DNA from: a virus
Virus record (IMG/VR): IMGVR_UViG_3300032896_000001
Coordinates: 41,096 to 105,095 of that record
Reading direction: 5' to 3' (one strand)
Length of the DNA stretch: 64,000 nucleotides
Program-made: the position numbers and the translations under genes
Notes under the pieces: model-generated
The model's input: only the letters and a program-made list of their open reading frames with translations
Databases searched by the model: none
Told to the model about the DNA's origin: nothing
Part shown: piece by piece, positions 45,690 through 55,448 of the stretch
How the letters are laid out: each line of letters begins with the position of its first letter
Numbering within the stretch: position 1 is the first letter of the stretch

Positions 45690-45901
45690 CCGGCCGGCTG
45701 GCCGAACCGGTCGAACTCCCCGTTCCTGACCCCGCCGATGAAGGCACGCATCTCGTCCGGCGTGAAGCGCAGGACCGGGCCCTGCGGATCCCGGCTGTTG
45801 CGGACTCCGACGACGCTGCCGCCGAGGTCGGCCACCTCCACGCACGTGCCCGCCCCGGAGTCGCTCAGCGTGCTTTTCACCCACTCGGCCCCGCCGCTCA
45901 C
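45686..45901 (-). CDS. DUF397 protein
   Basis: WVKST.S...CVEVA...VRNSRDP.GP.L.FT..E..AFI.GV..GEFD. Confidence 0.9.
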   Translation of the reverse strand: MSGGAEWVKSTLSDSGAGTCVEVADLGGSVVGVRNSRDPQGPVLRFTPDEMRAFIGGVRNGEFDRFGQPAG

Positions 45902-46161
45902 CCCGCGCTCGCGAACCGGTCGAACTCGCCGAGACGGACGCCGCCGATGAACGCGTCCCACTCGGCGGGGGTGAAGGACAGCGTGCCGCCTTCGGGGTCC
46001 CTGCTGTTGCGGACGAGGATCGCGCCGGTTTCCAGGCCCGCCACCTCCACGCAGGCGCCGACGGCGACGCTCCGCGAGCTTTTGACCCACGCGACTTCGA
46101 CGCAGTTTCCGTTGGCGAAGCTGAGAGAGCTCTTGATCCACTCCGGGCCCGACTGTTGCAT
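45898..46161 (-). CDS. DUF397 protein with duplicated WxKSS..CVEVA motif
   Basis: WIKSSLS..NGNCVEVA-WVKSSRS..GACVEVA...VRNSRDP. Confidence 0.9.
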   Translation of the reverse strand: MQQSGPEWIKSSLSFANGNCVEVAWVKSSRSVAVGACVEVAGLETGAILVRNSRDPEGGTLSFTPAEWDAFIGGVRLGEFDRFASAG

Positions 46162-46404
46162 GACGCTGCCTCCGTTGTTCCGATTTGCCATCTTTGACTA
46201 CTTATTGTTCCCGAATCGTTTCCCTCTGTACAGGTCGCGGAGCCAGCGGGCGAGGCGCTTCACCGGAGCCACTGCTCCCATAGATCGGGCCTCCAGATGG
46301 TTGTCGGAGTCGGGTAGCCGGTCATGGTGGGCGCGCAGACGACCGTCACCGTGATCCCCGATGTGCGGGTCACGGATTCGGCGAGCGGCCGGCCCTCGTC
46401 CTGG

Positions 46405-46623
46405 TTATCCGCCATTGCCGCCGCCCTCCGTTTTCCGCCCGCAGGTCGGGCAGATGCCCAGCACCATCATCGCGCCCCGGCGGAGCACGTCGCTGACCGA
46501 CTCGCCGTTCTCGTCCGCGAGTTGCCGCAGTGCCGTCACCACATCGCCGGGAAGCCGGAAAGAGGTCATCTCGCCGCGCCCCTTTCCCGTCGCCGGGCTC
46601 GCGTCATTCGCAGGCTGGGTCAT
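46405..46623 (-). CDS. Ribbon-helix-helix protein with CxxC
   Basis: TSFRLP...LRQLA...GESVSDVLR. Confidence 0.7.
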   Translation of the reverse strand: MTQPANDASPATGKGRGEMTSFRLPGDVVTALRQLADENGESVSDVLRRGAMMVLGICPTCGRKTEGGGNGG

Positions 46624-46852
46624 CGGCCGCCTCCGGGTCGTCACGAAACGAGCGCCAGTCAACCTCGAGCCACGCCAGTCCCCGGCCCTCGCTGACCTCG
46701 GCCACGACCGCGTCGGCCATGATGCCGTCGAACGGCTCCACCGCGAGTACCTTGTCACCAGCGGCGACGGGGCCGCTGGCCTTCGCAAGGTGCCCGTATG
46801 CACGGCCGTTGCGGTCGCGCTCGTTGAAGTCGACGGGGATTCGGACGGTCAC
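46604..46852 (-). CDS. Hypothetical protein
   Basis: Coupled ORF in leftward operon. Confidence 0.5.
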   Translation of the reverse strand: MTVRIPVDFNERDRNGRAYGHLAKASGPVAAGDKVLAVEPFDGIMADAVVAEVSEGRGLAWLEVDWRSFRDDPEAADDPACE

Positions 46853-47187
46853 GTCCCGGCCTCTTCTCGCCTGAGCCAGTCCACGGCCTTCGCCAGCGCG
46901 TCGCCGGGGCTCACGCCGAGCATGACTCGCCACGTCACCGTCCCCGACCTCCGGAACTGAAGGTGGTACGGCTCAAGGTAGTCGGCCGGCGTGGAGGCGC
47001 GGGCGAGCTCGAACTCCTGCCGGGCTTCGTCGAGCAGCCAGCGGAGGTTCCCGGCGAGCGCCCGCGCCTCGCAGGCCTCCGGGTCGTGAACCCGCTGCGC
47101 CGGCAGGGCGTGAGCCTCGTGGCATCCCCAGCCGTTGATCTCGCAGTCCTCATCGCAGGGCGTGGGGCAGCGGTAGGGATCGGTCAC
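46849..47187 (-). CDS. Hypothetical protein
   Basis: Coupled ORF, Cys/His motif. Confidence 0.5.
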   Translation of the reverse strand: MTDPYRCPTPCDEDCEINGWGCHEAHALPAQRVHDPEACEARALAGNLRWLLDEARQEFELARASTPADYLEPYHLQFRRSGTVTWRVMLGVSPGDALAKAVDWLRREEAGT

Positions 47188-47720
47188 CGTCCCTCCCGTT
47201 GCGCCTTCAGGAGCTCAGCCGGCCGCCACATGCGGTAGACCTCGATCCCATGGGCGGCCATCCACTCGGCCACCTCCTCCTCGCGCCCGTTCGGCAGGTA
47301 TGCGGCGATGTCCCACAGGTCATGATGCTCGGAGTCGGTGAGCCGCATGCGCTCGTCGAGCTCGCCGAACACCGGCTCCTGCCGGTCGTCCTGGCCGGTC
47401 CACGGGAGGGCGTAGCCGTCGTGCTTCAGCCTCGGCAGCAGATGCCAGTGGAGATGGAAAACGGATTGCGTGGCCTCAGGTCCGCGCGAGGTGATCAGGT
47501 TGAGCGCGCCGAGACCATGGCGCCCCGCCCACTCCGACGCGAACCGCACGGCCATCGCGGTCACCATCGGGTCCTCGATCGCGTCGGCGACGTGGACCCT
47601 CGGGACGAACAGCCGGTGGCCCGGGCCGACGGGCTTCAACGGGCGGAACGTCACCGCGAACGCGTCGCCGTCGTCGAACTCGCCGCGCTCGACCCGGCCG
47701 CAGAACACGCAGTCGGTCAT
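47184..47720 (-). CDS. HIT-family nucleotide hydrolase
   Basis: DCVFC...P..PGH.L.VPR.H...ATQSVFHLHWHLLPR. Confidence 0.9.
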   Translation of the reverse strand: MTDCVFCGRVERGEFDDGDAFAVTFRPLKPVGPGHRLFVPRVHVADAIEDPMVTAMAVRFASEWAGRHGLGALNLITSRGPEATQSVFHLHWHLLPRLKHDGYALPWTGQDDRQEPVFGELDERMRLTDSEHHDLWDIAAYLPNGREEEVAEWMAAHGIEVYRMWRPAELLKAQREGR

Positions 47721-47839
47721 AATGACGCCCCCTTGTTGTCGGTGCTGGTTTCCGCCGCCGCCGGCGCGTACCCTGCCCGCTCGGCGAGGATCCGCGCTCC
47801 GGCGAGAGCAGCGCCCGCAGCAGCGCCGCGTACCGGTCC

Positions 47840-48232
47840 TCAGCCATGATCGGCCTCCGTCCCGGCTGGCGGCAGGATGCGGGCCGTGATCTCCAGCCGC
47901 GTCCCCTCCGGCCAGTCACTTGCGAACGCCATGAACCCGGGGCCGTCGACCTTGCCGGACAGCAGGAGCCAGAACGGCGCGGCCCACATCAAGGGAGACT
48001 CCCACCTTGACGCGTTCGGGCGCGGAACGGCCGTCATGACGCTGGTGATCTCCACCCGCTCCGGGCCGAGCACCTCGCCCGGCCTGGAATGCCGGACGCA
48101 CTTCCACGGCCTCGCCTGCTGGTCCCTGACCGAGGCGGCCTCATCGCGGCGCGTCTCGTGATGGTAGACGATCTTCTCCGGGCAGGGCCGCTCGGCGCAG
48201 AGGATCGTCTGGCGGTAGTCACCCCTCGGCAT
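47840..48232 (-). CDS. Hypothetical protein
   Basis: Coherent ORF with RBS. Confidence 0.5.
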   Translation of the reverse strand: MPRGDYRQTILCAERPCPEKIVYHHETRRDEAASVRDQQARPWKCVRHSRPGEVLGPERVEITSVMTAVPRPNASRWESPLMWAAPFWLLLSGKVDGPGFMAFASDWPEGTRLEITARILPPAGTEADHG

Positions 48233-48411
48233 CGCCGGCCTCCTCCCCGGTCAGCTCGGCGAGCGCCCCCCGGGCGTCCTCCAGATCCTCGGGCGCATCA
48301 GGGTGGGCGCACGCCTCCAGATGCGCGATGAACGCCCGGAGAGCCGAGACCGGATCGGGCCGCCCGTCATCATCGGCGCCGCACACGCACCGGTAGCCGT
48401 GGATCCCGCTG

Positions 48412-48660
48412 TCAGCCACCGTCGGCCGCCTTCCCGGCCAGCTCAACCAGAGCCCGGGCGGCTTCAGCCCTCTCGGTGTAGGCCATCTCGAACCATGCCT
48501 GCTGGCTCATCCGGGGCGTCGGCTCGCCCGCGTGCCACCCCTGCGATCGAATGCTCGTCTTCAGCCGCAGAAGGCCTGCGTCGGTGGTCGCAGGGCCGAC
48601 CATGATACGCCGGCCGTCATCATGGATCGCGGGGACGAACAGCGGCTCCTCAAGCTTCAC
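48412..48660 (-). CDS. Hypothetical protein
   Basis: Coupled ORF. Confidence 0.45.
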   Translation of the reverse strand: MKLEEPLFVPAIHDDGRRIMVGPATTDAGLLRLKTSIRSQGWHAGEPTPRMSQQAWFEMAYTERAEAARALVELAGKAADGG

Positions 48661-48974
48661 GTCGCGTTTTCCTTTCCGTCTGGGCGGCCCCGGTTGCAGT
48701 CAGGGGCATGGGATGCCCGGATGTCCGCGTCCTGCCGCATCTCGGTGATGAGCTGGTCCCGCAACTGCCCGAGCTGTGCGGTGAGCTGGTCGATAACGTC
48801 TATGGCTTCGCGGGCCGCCCGGATCGCCCCGGCGGACCTTTCGCCAAGCGGCGGAATTGCCTTGCACTCCGGGGACGGTGGCGCCGCGTAGCCGAAGTCG
48901 TGCCAGGCACCCACCTGGAAGTAGATGAGGTCGGCCAGTTCGCTGATGCCGTGCGAGAAATCGGGAGCACTCAC
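48657..48974 (-). CDS. Hypothetical protein
   Basis: GTGA-coupled. Confidence 0.5.
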   Translation of the reverse strand: MSAPDFSHGISELADLIYFQVGAWHDFGYAAPPSPECKAIPPLGERSAGAIRAAREAIDVIDQLTAQLGQLRDQLITEMRQDADIRASHAPDCNRGRPDGKENAT

Positions 48975-49375
48975 GTGCCGTCGCCTCCCTTCCCGGTCAG
49001 CGCCGCCAGGATCGCCTCGTACTCCGGGCACGGCCAGTCGATGCGCTCCCCGCCAGCTTCATCGACGCAGGTTTCACACACCACCCCGGCCAGCTTGTCG
49101 GCGCAGAGCCACTCGCCGTCGTCGCCCTCGAAATGCCTGTCGCCGTCGTAGTCCTCGCCGTGACCGCAGATCACGTTGCCCTTGTAGTCATGGACGCGCT
49201 CGTACAGCGGGAGGCGTTGGTGGCGCTCAAGCGCCGCGTCAATGGCAGCCAGGAGCCGGGGAACGTCCGCCTGGCTGTCGAGGTATGCGACCGCATCAGA
49301 GGAGAACCCGTCCTTCGTTCTCGCCAGCCGCTCTTTGATGGCCGCCAGTTCGGCGGTCAGCCGGTCGTCAGCCAC
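48971..49375 (-). CDS. Hypothetical phage protein
   Basis: DVPRLLAA, C..C...WPC motifs common in actinophage small genes. Confidence 0.6.
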   Translation of the reverse strand: MADDRLTAELAAIKERLARTKDGFSSDAVAYLDSQADVPRLLAAIDAALERHQRLPLYERVHDYKGNVICGHGEDYDGDRHFEGDDGEWLCADKLAGVVCETCVDEAGGERIDWPCPEYEAILAALTGKGGDGT

Positions 49376-49733
49376 GGCTCACCGCCACGCCGAGCTCGGC
49401 CGCCATCTCCCGCGCCCCGACGCTGCCGGTGACCGGCAAGCCGGGGAACTGCCCGCGCGCCGCGCTCGCGCATCCGGGGCACGGCTTGTGGATGATGCCC
49501 GGGCCGCTGATTCCGCCGCCCCGAGACCAGCCGGGGCCGTCGGCGGCGAACCGGTCGATGCCGCACAGCGTCGGCCCCGGCGTCCCCCTGCGCGTCTCGC
49601 GGACCAGGTGGACGGCGTACCCGTCGTCAGCCGGGCGCCAGTCGAGCAGGCCGCCCCAGGAGAACTGCAGGGTGCACAGGGCGATGATCTCCTCGTCGGC
49701 CCGCACGGCGGCTAGCCTGTCGTCACCGGCCAT
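49368..49733 (-). CDS. Hypothetical protein
   Basis: Overlap-coupled. Confidence 0.5.
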   Translation of the reverse strand: MAGDDRLAAVRADEEIIALCTLQFSWGGLLDWRPADDGYAVHLVRETRRGTPGPTLCGIDRFAADGPGWSRGGGISGPGIIHKPCPGCASAARGQFPGLPVTGSVGAREMAAELGVAVSRG

Positions 49734-50067
49734 CGGGATACGCTCCGTTCACATGCATCCTCGCGTCGCCGATGACCTGCTCAACGGCGATGCCGACATG
49801 CTGAACGCCCGCGTCGAACCCAGCGGCGTAGGCGTCGCGGTCGGCAGGGACCAGCAAGGTCAGCGTCCGCCCTTCGGCTCGGCGCCACACGTCCCACCAC
49901 GTCGGGTGGGCGTCGCCCGGCATCGGGATGTCCGGGCAGTACCAGTTGCCGACGTTGGCCCGGTTCGACACCCACACTTCCTGGCGGTGGTCGCCCCAGT
50001 CGATAGCCATCACGGAGCCTATTGGGGGTTCCTCGGTGATGCGGGCCGGGCTGGTGTCGTCAGTCAT
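49723..50067 (-). CDS. Hypothetical protein
   Basis: GGAGG RBS. Confidence 0.5.
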   Translation of the reverse strand: MTDDTSPARITEEPPIGSVMAIDWGDHRQEVWVSNRANVGNWYCPDIPMPGDAHPTWWDVWRRAEGRTLTLLVPADRDAYAAGFDAGVQHVGIAVEQVIGDARMHVNGAYPDGR

Positions 50068-50464
50068 GAATGTCCTCCGGTCCAATAGCGAAGAACGCGA
50101 TCGCCCGGCCGCCGCCCTCCGCGATGTCCTTGCACTTGCCAGCGCAGTCACGGCAGTGCAGCACCAGCACATTGCCTGGGGCGGGAGTGCGGTCCGCGTT
50201 GGTGCGGCCGAGCACCACGAGCACCGTCGCCGGGGCGGCCGTGCACCCGGTGCACGTCAGCGGCGATGGGTTGTGCGGAGTGAAGCCCGGACCGAAACTC
50301 GGGTAGCTGTCGATCTCCCGCTTCAGGTCCTCGGCGAACCCCTGCGGGTTCGCGATAGTCCCGATGGCCATGCCCGGGTTCTTGTCCAGAGGCCGCCAGT
50401 CCCTGATGACGACGCGGATTCCGTCAAGGCCCTGCGCGATCTCGGCGGCGGTCACGTCAGGCAC
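50060..50464 (-). CDS. Hypothetical Zn-binding protein
   Basis: Two CxxC motifs; coupled. Confidence 0.5.
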   Translation of the reverse strand: MPDVTAAEIAQGLDGIRVVIRDWRPLDKNPGMAIGTIANPQGFAEDLKREIDSYPSFGPGFTPHNPSPLTCTGCTAAPATVLVVLGRTNADRTPAPGNVLVLHCRDCAGKCKDIAEGGGRAIAFFAIGPEDIHD

Positions 50465-50708
50465 TGGTCTTCCCTTCCCCGGTCAGCGCGGCGTCAGCGT
50501 CCGGCCCTCCGCCCGTCTCCGCCGGGCGCAGGTTGTAGGTCTGGTAGTCGTCGCAGTAGCCCGGGCACTGGCAGCCGCCGCACGCAAAGCAGTGCCGGTG
50601 AGAGCAGCTGGTGTAGCCCCACTCGTCCTCGCACTCCTCGTCGTGGTCGTGATAGCAAGGCTCGTCGTCGTAATCGTCCGCCTCGCCGGCGAGGTCGTCG
50701 TCAGGCAC
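50457..50708 (-). CDS. Acidic Cys-rich small protein
   Basis: AAGGAGG RBS. Confidence 0.5.
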   Translation of the reverse strand: MPDDDLAGEADDYDDEPCYHDHDEECEDEWGYTSCSHRHCFACGGCQCPGYCDDYQTYNLRPAETGGGPDADAALTGEGKTSA

Positions 50709-50940
50709 CGGATTCCTCCTTCGGGTACTCGATCAGGAACGCGGGCGTCTGCATGTCCAGCCCGATGAACACGCCGACCACGTTCCGCGCGGCGTCCGGG
50801 TAAGGCGACGGGGCGGCCGACTCGTCCGGGTAGACGCCACGCACGATCACCCTGCGGAACGGGGTGCCGTCCCGCTCGTAAGGAACGCAGTCGAGCACCA
50901 CGTAAGCGGTGTCCCCGCGCTTCAATGCCACGTCAGCCAT
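50701..50940 (-). CDS. Hypothetical protein
   Basis: Coupled ORF. Confidence 0.45.
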   Translation of the reverse strand: MADVALKRGDTAYVVLDCVPYERDGTPFRRVIVRGVYPDESAAPSPYPDAARNVVGVFIGLDMQTPAFLIEYPKEESGA

Positions 50941-51151
50941 AAAGAACTCCCTTGGCCTCGTCAAGTAGGTTCTTGGCCTGGCTGGCGAGTTTCAGCGCCT
51001 CGCGGGCGGCCTCGGCCTGGGCGGGGGCCAGGGGCGAGTCGATCCCGCGCAGCCAGTCCGTGGCCTTGGACGCCTCATTGCGGGCGGTGTCGAGGTGGCC
51101 GAGCGCGTGGCCGCTGATCTCGGGCCACGTCGGCAGGCTGCCGTCAGCCAT
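50933..51151 (-). CDS. Hypothetical protein
   Basis: Coupled ORF. Confidence 0.5.
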   Translation of the reverse strand: MADGSLPTWPEISGHALGHLDTARNEASKATDWLRGIDSPLAPAQAEAAREALKLASQAKNLLDEAKGVLYG

Positions 51152-51554
51152 GGTCCGCCGCCTCTCCGTCCTCGTCCTCCCGGATGCCGAGCCCGGCGAT
51201 GGCTGTCTGCGCGGCCTGCAAAGCGGCGGTCAGGGTGCGCGCCGCGCTCGCCGCATCGGCCAGACGTGCGGCAGCCAGCGCCGCTTGCTCGCGCGGATTA
51301 CGGCCGCGCGCCTCGTAAACGCCGCGGCGGGTCGCCTGTGCCTCCAGAAATCGGCTGATCTGATCGCAGGTCTGCGGGAGCCGCCCGGTCGCCGCGTAGA
51401 TGTCAGCGATGAGGCGGTAGGCGTCGGCGGGGTACTCCATGCCGCGCGTCTCCCTCATCGCGGCGTACACAAGGAACCGGGAGCAGTCATCGAACAGCTG
51501 CCCGACCTCGGCCGTTCGCTCCGGGCTGTGCGGCCCGTCCGGGTTGAGGTCCAT
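51144..51554 (-). CDS. Hypothetical helical protein
   Basis: RBS; YPADAYRLI...RLPQ motif. Confidence 0.55.
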   Translation of the reverse strand: MDLNPDGPHSPERTAEVGQLFDDCSRFLVYAAMRETRGMEYPADAYRLIADIYAATGRLPQTCDQISRFLEAQATRRGVYEARGRNPREQAALAAARLADAASAARTLTAALQAAQTAIAGLGIREDEDGEAADHG

Positions 51555-51598
51555 CTCAGTTCCCTTCTCCTGCCGTCGTGGTCGTCGCCTCAGCAGCG

Positions 51599-52081
51599 TC
51601 ACTCATCGTCGCTCCCTCGTACGGTGCCTGGCATTGGGTGGCCTTCGTCCGGAGCGTCCAGGGCGCATCTCTGGCAGGTCGCCGGGTCGCCGGGGATGAA
51701 GTCCGGGTGGCTATGGCCGACCTCGGGTATCGGAGGCTCGAGCCGGACATCGCAGCCCATCGCGAACGCCTCAGCCACGGCGCGCTTGTGCGCGTAACCG
51801 AGGTTGCGCAACCTGAACGGGTCAATCGCGATGAACTCGGCGAGTTGCAGCACGGCCAACTCCGACGACGAGCATCGCGGGTTCTTCGCGATGAATCCTC
51901 CGGTCTTCGACCAGGCGATCACCATGAACGAGCCCGCGGTCCGGACGCATTCCCGGGTGAAGTCGGCGCGCCGCAACCAGTACTCGTGCCACAAGATCAG
52001 CTCGGTCGCGGCGCGCTCCGGGGCGTCCAGTCGCGGCAGTGACGCGCGGAGCCCGGCGGTCCTCTCGAAGTCAGCAGCCAT
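51599..52081 (-). CDS. Hypothetical protein
   Basis: RAA.ELI..H.YWL.R.DF motif. Confidence 0.55.
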   Translation of the reverse strand: MAADFERTAGLRASLPRLDAPERAATELILWHEYWLRRADFTRECVRTAGSFMVIAWSKTGGFIAKNPRCSSSELAVLQLAEFIAIDPFRLRNLGYAHKRAVAEAFAMGCDVRLEPPIPEVGHSHPDFIPGDPATCQRCALDAPDEGHPMPGTVRGSDDE

Positions 52082-52337
52082 CGGGGCGCGTCCCCTCGGT
52101 GTCGCGGACCTGCCCGGCCGTGGGCGTTCCCGTGGCGCAGACCTCGCGCCATTCCTCCAACTCGACGATCGGCACCATGCCGTTCTCCCTCAGCGCCGTG
52201 GCGGCCGTCAGCGCCATCCTCGCGTGGAAGTCCGCGGCGAACATCTGCCACCGCTCCACCTCGCTCCCCTCCTTGGCGTTCTTCGCGTTCTCGAACGCCC
52301 GCTCCGCGTCCCGGTAATGCTGCGCACCCGATGCCAT
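52071..52337 (-). CDS. Hypothetical phage protein
   Basis: G..HYR.AE...HA..AL.AATA motif. Confidence 0.6.
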   Translation of the reverse strand: MASGAQHYRDAERAFENAKNAKEGSEVERWQMFAADFHARMALTAATALRENGMVPIVELEEWREVCATGTPTAGQVRDTEGTRPDGC

Positions 52338-52391
52338 CAGTTGCCTCCGTCTGCTGCTTCTGTTATGTCGTCAGTGGGTTCATGGCGGCCC

Positions 52392-52919
52392 TCAGAAGGG
52401 CGGCTCGCGATCGAAGCCCCGGACGTAGCGGCGGGACTCGGCAAGCGAGGCGATCGCCGAGCCGCACTCGCACAGCGCCGCCCCGTTGTAGCCGGGCGGA
52501 ATCGGGTCGGGCTCCGCGCTGGACATCGTGTAGAACCAGCCCTTACCACCGCACGCCCCGCACCTGCGGTCAGCGTGCAGCCGCAGCGTGACCTCCGCCG
52601 GGCCGAGACGGAACGTCCACGGCTCGTACGCCTTGACCCTCAGCCGGAACCATGGCTCGGTCAGGCGGTTGAACATGCGCCAGGCGGGCCACACCGCCCT
52701 GGCGCGCAGCGACGGCCCGCAGTCGCATTCGCCGCCGCCGTGGGCCGTCAAACAGTGCTCGGCGTGCTCGGCGTAGTCCCTGGCGATCTCGTAATCCTCG
52801 GGGTCCGGCTCCCGCTCGTAGTCGGGGTCGTCGTAGTCGCGCCAGTCGCCGTCGTCTTCCTCGCCGTCGAACATCGGGTTGCCGCCGTTCTCGGCGGACC
52901 ACTCGTCGGCGGAGGTCAT
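52392..52919 (-). CDS. Hypothetical protein
   Basis: ATGA-coupled; CxxC. Confidence 0.5.
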   Translation of the reverse strand: MTSADEWSAENGGNPMFDGEEDDGDWRDYDDPDYEREPDPEDYEIARDYAEHAEHCLTAHGGGECDCGPSLRARAVWPAWRMFNRLTEPWFRLRVKAYEPWTFRLGPAEVTLRLHADRRCGACGGKGWFYTMSSAEPDPIPPGYNGAALCECGSAIASLAESRRYVRGFDREPPF

Positions 52920-53215
52920 GATGCGGGCCACACGTCATGAACGGGGCATCCGCCCCGGTGGCCGCCGCGCTCCACCAGGCCGGGCGGGCAGATGCAAGTC
53001 GGCGCGGGCCGGTCGGCGACCTCGACGACATCCGCCGGGTTCAGCGTGATCGGCTCGGCGTCGCCGTAGTACATCGAGAAGGCCATCAGCGCGAGTTCGA
53101 TCTCGCCGAGCACCTCAAGGTCGGAACCGTCACCGGTCGCGGCGTCCAGGGCCGTCGCGAGGCGCTTCAGACCGTAGTCGCGGAATCTGGCGGCGTTCCC
53201 GTCCGGCGCGGTCAT
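52916..53215 (-). CDS. Hypothetical protein
   Basis: ATGA-coupled. Confidence 0.5.
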   Translation of the reverse strand: MTAPDGNAARFRDYGLKRLATALDAATGDGSDLEVLGEIELALMAFSMYYGDAEPITLNPADVVEVADRPAPTCICPPGLVERGGHRGGCPVHDVWPAS

Positions 53216-53766
53216 GACCTCTCCAGTTCCCGCATCTTCGCGAGTGTCGTCCGGTTCGCGCTGACGAGCGAGAAGTGAGCGGCGGCTACCTCAGTGCCGG
53301 GCACCGACTGGGCTACCGCATAGTCCGAGTTGATGCGGGCGGTCAGGTCCGCCTGGAGCGCCTCCCATCGGCTGTCGGCTGCCGACTTCACCGCCGCGTC
53401 GATCGAAGCCTCGTCGATGGTCCGGGTCAGGCGCCCGGCGATGATCTTGCGAACCTCGCAGTCCTCGGGCCTCGCCGGGTTGCCGTACTCGTCGCGGCAC
53501 CGGTCGCATCCGGTCCACTCGACGACCACGCAGTCCGGGCACTCGCGTCGGCCGTGGATGCTGGCGTGGTGCTGCGGGCACGCCTCGGTGTGCCGGTGCA
53601 GGGCCGTCAGCGAGTGAACCGCGAGTAGTGTTTCCAGGGCGGCGTAAGCGCCCTCGTTCGCCCGGGTCAGGGCGGGCGACGGGGACGCGACAGCCAGGAT
53701 GTGCGTCACCCGGTCGCGGATCTTCCCGACTCTCTCGGCGAGCTTGTCGGGCTCGGCGGCGGTCAT
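53212..53766 (-). CDS. Hypothetical protein
   Basis: ATGA-coupled; Cys motifs. Confidence 0.5.
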   Translation of the reverse strand: MTAAEPDKLAERVGKIRDRVTHILAVASPSPALTRANEGAYAALETLLAVHSLTALHRHTEACPQHHASIHGRRECPDCVVVEWTGCDRCRDEYGNPARPEDCEVRKIIAGRLTRTIDEASIDAAVKSAADSRWEALQADLTARINSDYAVAQSVPGTEVAAAHFSLVSANRTTLAKMRELERS

Positions 53767-53944
53767 TGGTTCCCCTCTCCTGCCGCGAAGGCGGCGATCG
53801 CCGCCTGCTGTGCCGCGAGCCAGTCCCGCGCCTTCTGCTTCCGCCCGTACGTCGTCCGGACCTCGTGCGTGGCCCGCCTGCCGGCCGGGGCGCCCCGCCA
53901 CGCGCGGCGGCGCTCCCGGCGCAGGACCCGTGACCCTTCAGGCA

Positions 53945-54187
53945 TCACCGGGAATCCCTCCTCTCTCTTGCCGCGTAGGCGGCGCGGACCGCCCGGTCCC
54001 GCTCGGCGAGCAGCCGGGCGGTGTCCTCCGGGCTCTGCCGCAGCGAGGGCGTCCCGGCCGGGCGGAGCCAGCCCCCGAACATCTCCCGGCACTCTTCGCA
54101 CGGGGTGCCGGGATCATCGGCGGGGACCTGGTTGCGGCAGCCTGGAAGCGGGCAGTCCGCCAGGAGCGGCAGAAGCTCGGCGCTCAT
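53945..54187 (-). CDS. Hypothetical protein
   Basis: ATGA-coupled. Confidence 0.45.
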   Translation of the reverse strand: MSAELLPLLADCPLPGCRNQVPADDPGTPCEECREMFGGWLRPAGTPSLRQSPEDTARLLAERDRAVRAAYAARERRDSR

Positions 54188-54594
54188 CGCGCATCTCCTC
54201 CTGCTGCCTCCTGCGGGTTTCCCTGGCGCTCCTGCAGTTCCCCGTGCAGCAGGTCATACATCGACGCCACCGCCTCGTCGGCCTCGTGGTCGCCGCAAAA
54301 TACGCCCGCCGGCAGCGCGTCGCAGTCGGCGCAGTCCCCGTCCCGGTACTCGCGGCGGTAGTCTGCGGCGTCCTCCAGGGCGGCGAGCGCGGTCCCGAGC
54401 TGCTCCCGGTCGAGGGCCGGGCCGAGCGCCTTCCGGAGCCCGGCCTCGATCGCCCCCGTTCCCGCGCCGTCGTCCCCCCTGATGCCGAGCAGGGGCAGCA
54501 GCGCCTCCGCCCGGCGGGTCGCGGACCGGTCGCCGTAGACGGCAGCCCGGACAAGAGCGGCGAGATCGGGGATGACGTCGTTCTGGTCGCTCAT
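54184..54594 (-). CDS. Hypothetical protein
   Basis: AL.DA..YR...C.DC......C.DH motif. Confidence 0.55.
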   Translation of the reverse strand: MSDQNDVIPDLAALVRAAVYGDRSATRRAEALLPLLGIRGDDGAGTGAIEAGLRKALGPALDREQLGTALAALEDAADYRREYRDGDCADCDALPAGVFCGDHEADEAVASMYDLLHGELQERQGNPQEAAGGDAR

Positions 54595-55151
54595 CAGGAC
54601 TCCACCAGAGGGAGGCCCTCGTTGCCGCATCCCGGCTTGCAGGCGGCCAGGCCGCCGCACTCGTCGCAGGCGACCCCGTGGACGTGACAGGCGACCGGGA
54701 GAACATTCCAGCCGCTGACCGCGCACCCGCACCAAGCCTCCGGGTCGTCGCAGGACAGGAGGGAGTGAAGGCGACGGAGTTGGTCGTAGCCGCCGTGCGC
54801 CCGCATCGCCAACAGCCGCCTGCCGACCTCAACCCAGTCGGCCAGCTCAAGGTTGTGCGGCTCGGACGGGTCGGCGAGGCCGGGGATGCCCGTCAGGTCG
54901 TCGCGCGCCTCCTCGAGATCGTCGTCGTTGATGCAGAAGTCGTCGAAGTCGAGTGTCCGCAGCCGGTAGCGGGCGAGGGCGTTCCAGTAGTCGACGATCC
55001 GGGCCTCAAGCTCACGGACGCCCGCAGGCCGGCAGGTCATCGACGGGGCGACAAACTCATCGAAGTCGCGGAAGACGGTGCGCGCCAGTCCCTCGTGGTC
55101 GTGAACTACGCCCAGCGTGACGTTCCCGTCGGCGTCGTGGATGACGGTCAT
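54594..55151 (-). CDS. Hypothetical protein
   Basis: AGGAG RBS; TGATG coupling. Confidence 0.55.
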   Translation of the reverse strand: MTVIHDADGNVTLGVVHDHEGLARTVFRDFDEFVAPSMTCRPAGVRELEARIVDYWNALARYRLRTLDFDDFCINDDDLEEARDDLTGIPGLADPSEPHNLELADWVEVGRRLLAMRAHGGYDQLRRLHSLLSCDDPEAWCGCAVSGWNVLPVACHVHGVACDECGGLAACKPGCGNEGLPLVES

Positions 55152-55165
55152 GGTCGTTCTCCTGT

Positions 55166-55447
55166 TCAGATCTCGCCGCGCCGCTTGCGGCCCAGTGTCT
55201 TGATTCGCTCCTCGGACCGCTCGCAGTCCCCCGCGAGCCAGCAGCCGCCCGGCATGGAGTACGCGACGTACCGGTGCCGGTCGGCGGTGTACTTGTAGAC
55301 GCCGGGGAAACTGGCGGCCTCGGCCATCAGCGCCAGCGCCTCGGACCCGTAGCCCCCGGCGATCAGGTAGGCGAAGGCCTGCTCGTTCGTAAGCCGGTCA
55401 CTGCCGTCGACGGCGTGCGGGTGGGTGGGGATCGTTTCGCCGGTCAT
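55166..55447 (-). CDS. Hypothetical protein
   Basis: GGAGG RBS. Confidence 0.5.
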   Translation of the reverse strand: MTGETIPTHPHAVDGSDRLTNEQAFAYLIAGGYGSEALALMAEAASFPGVYKYTADRHRYVAYSMPGGCWLAGDCERSEERIKTLGRKRRGEI

Positions 55448-55448
55448 G

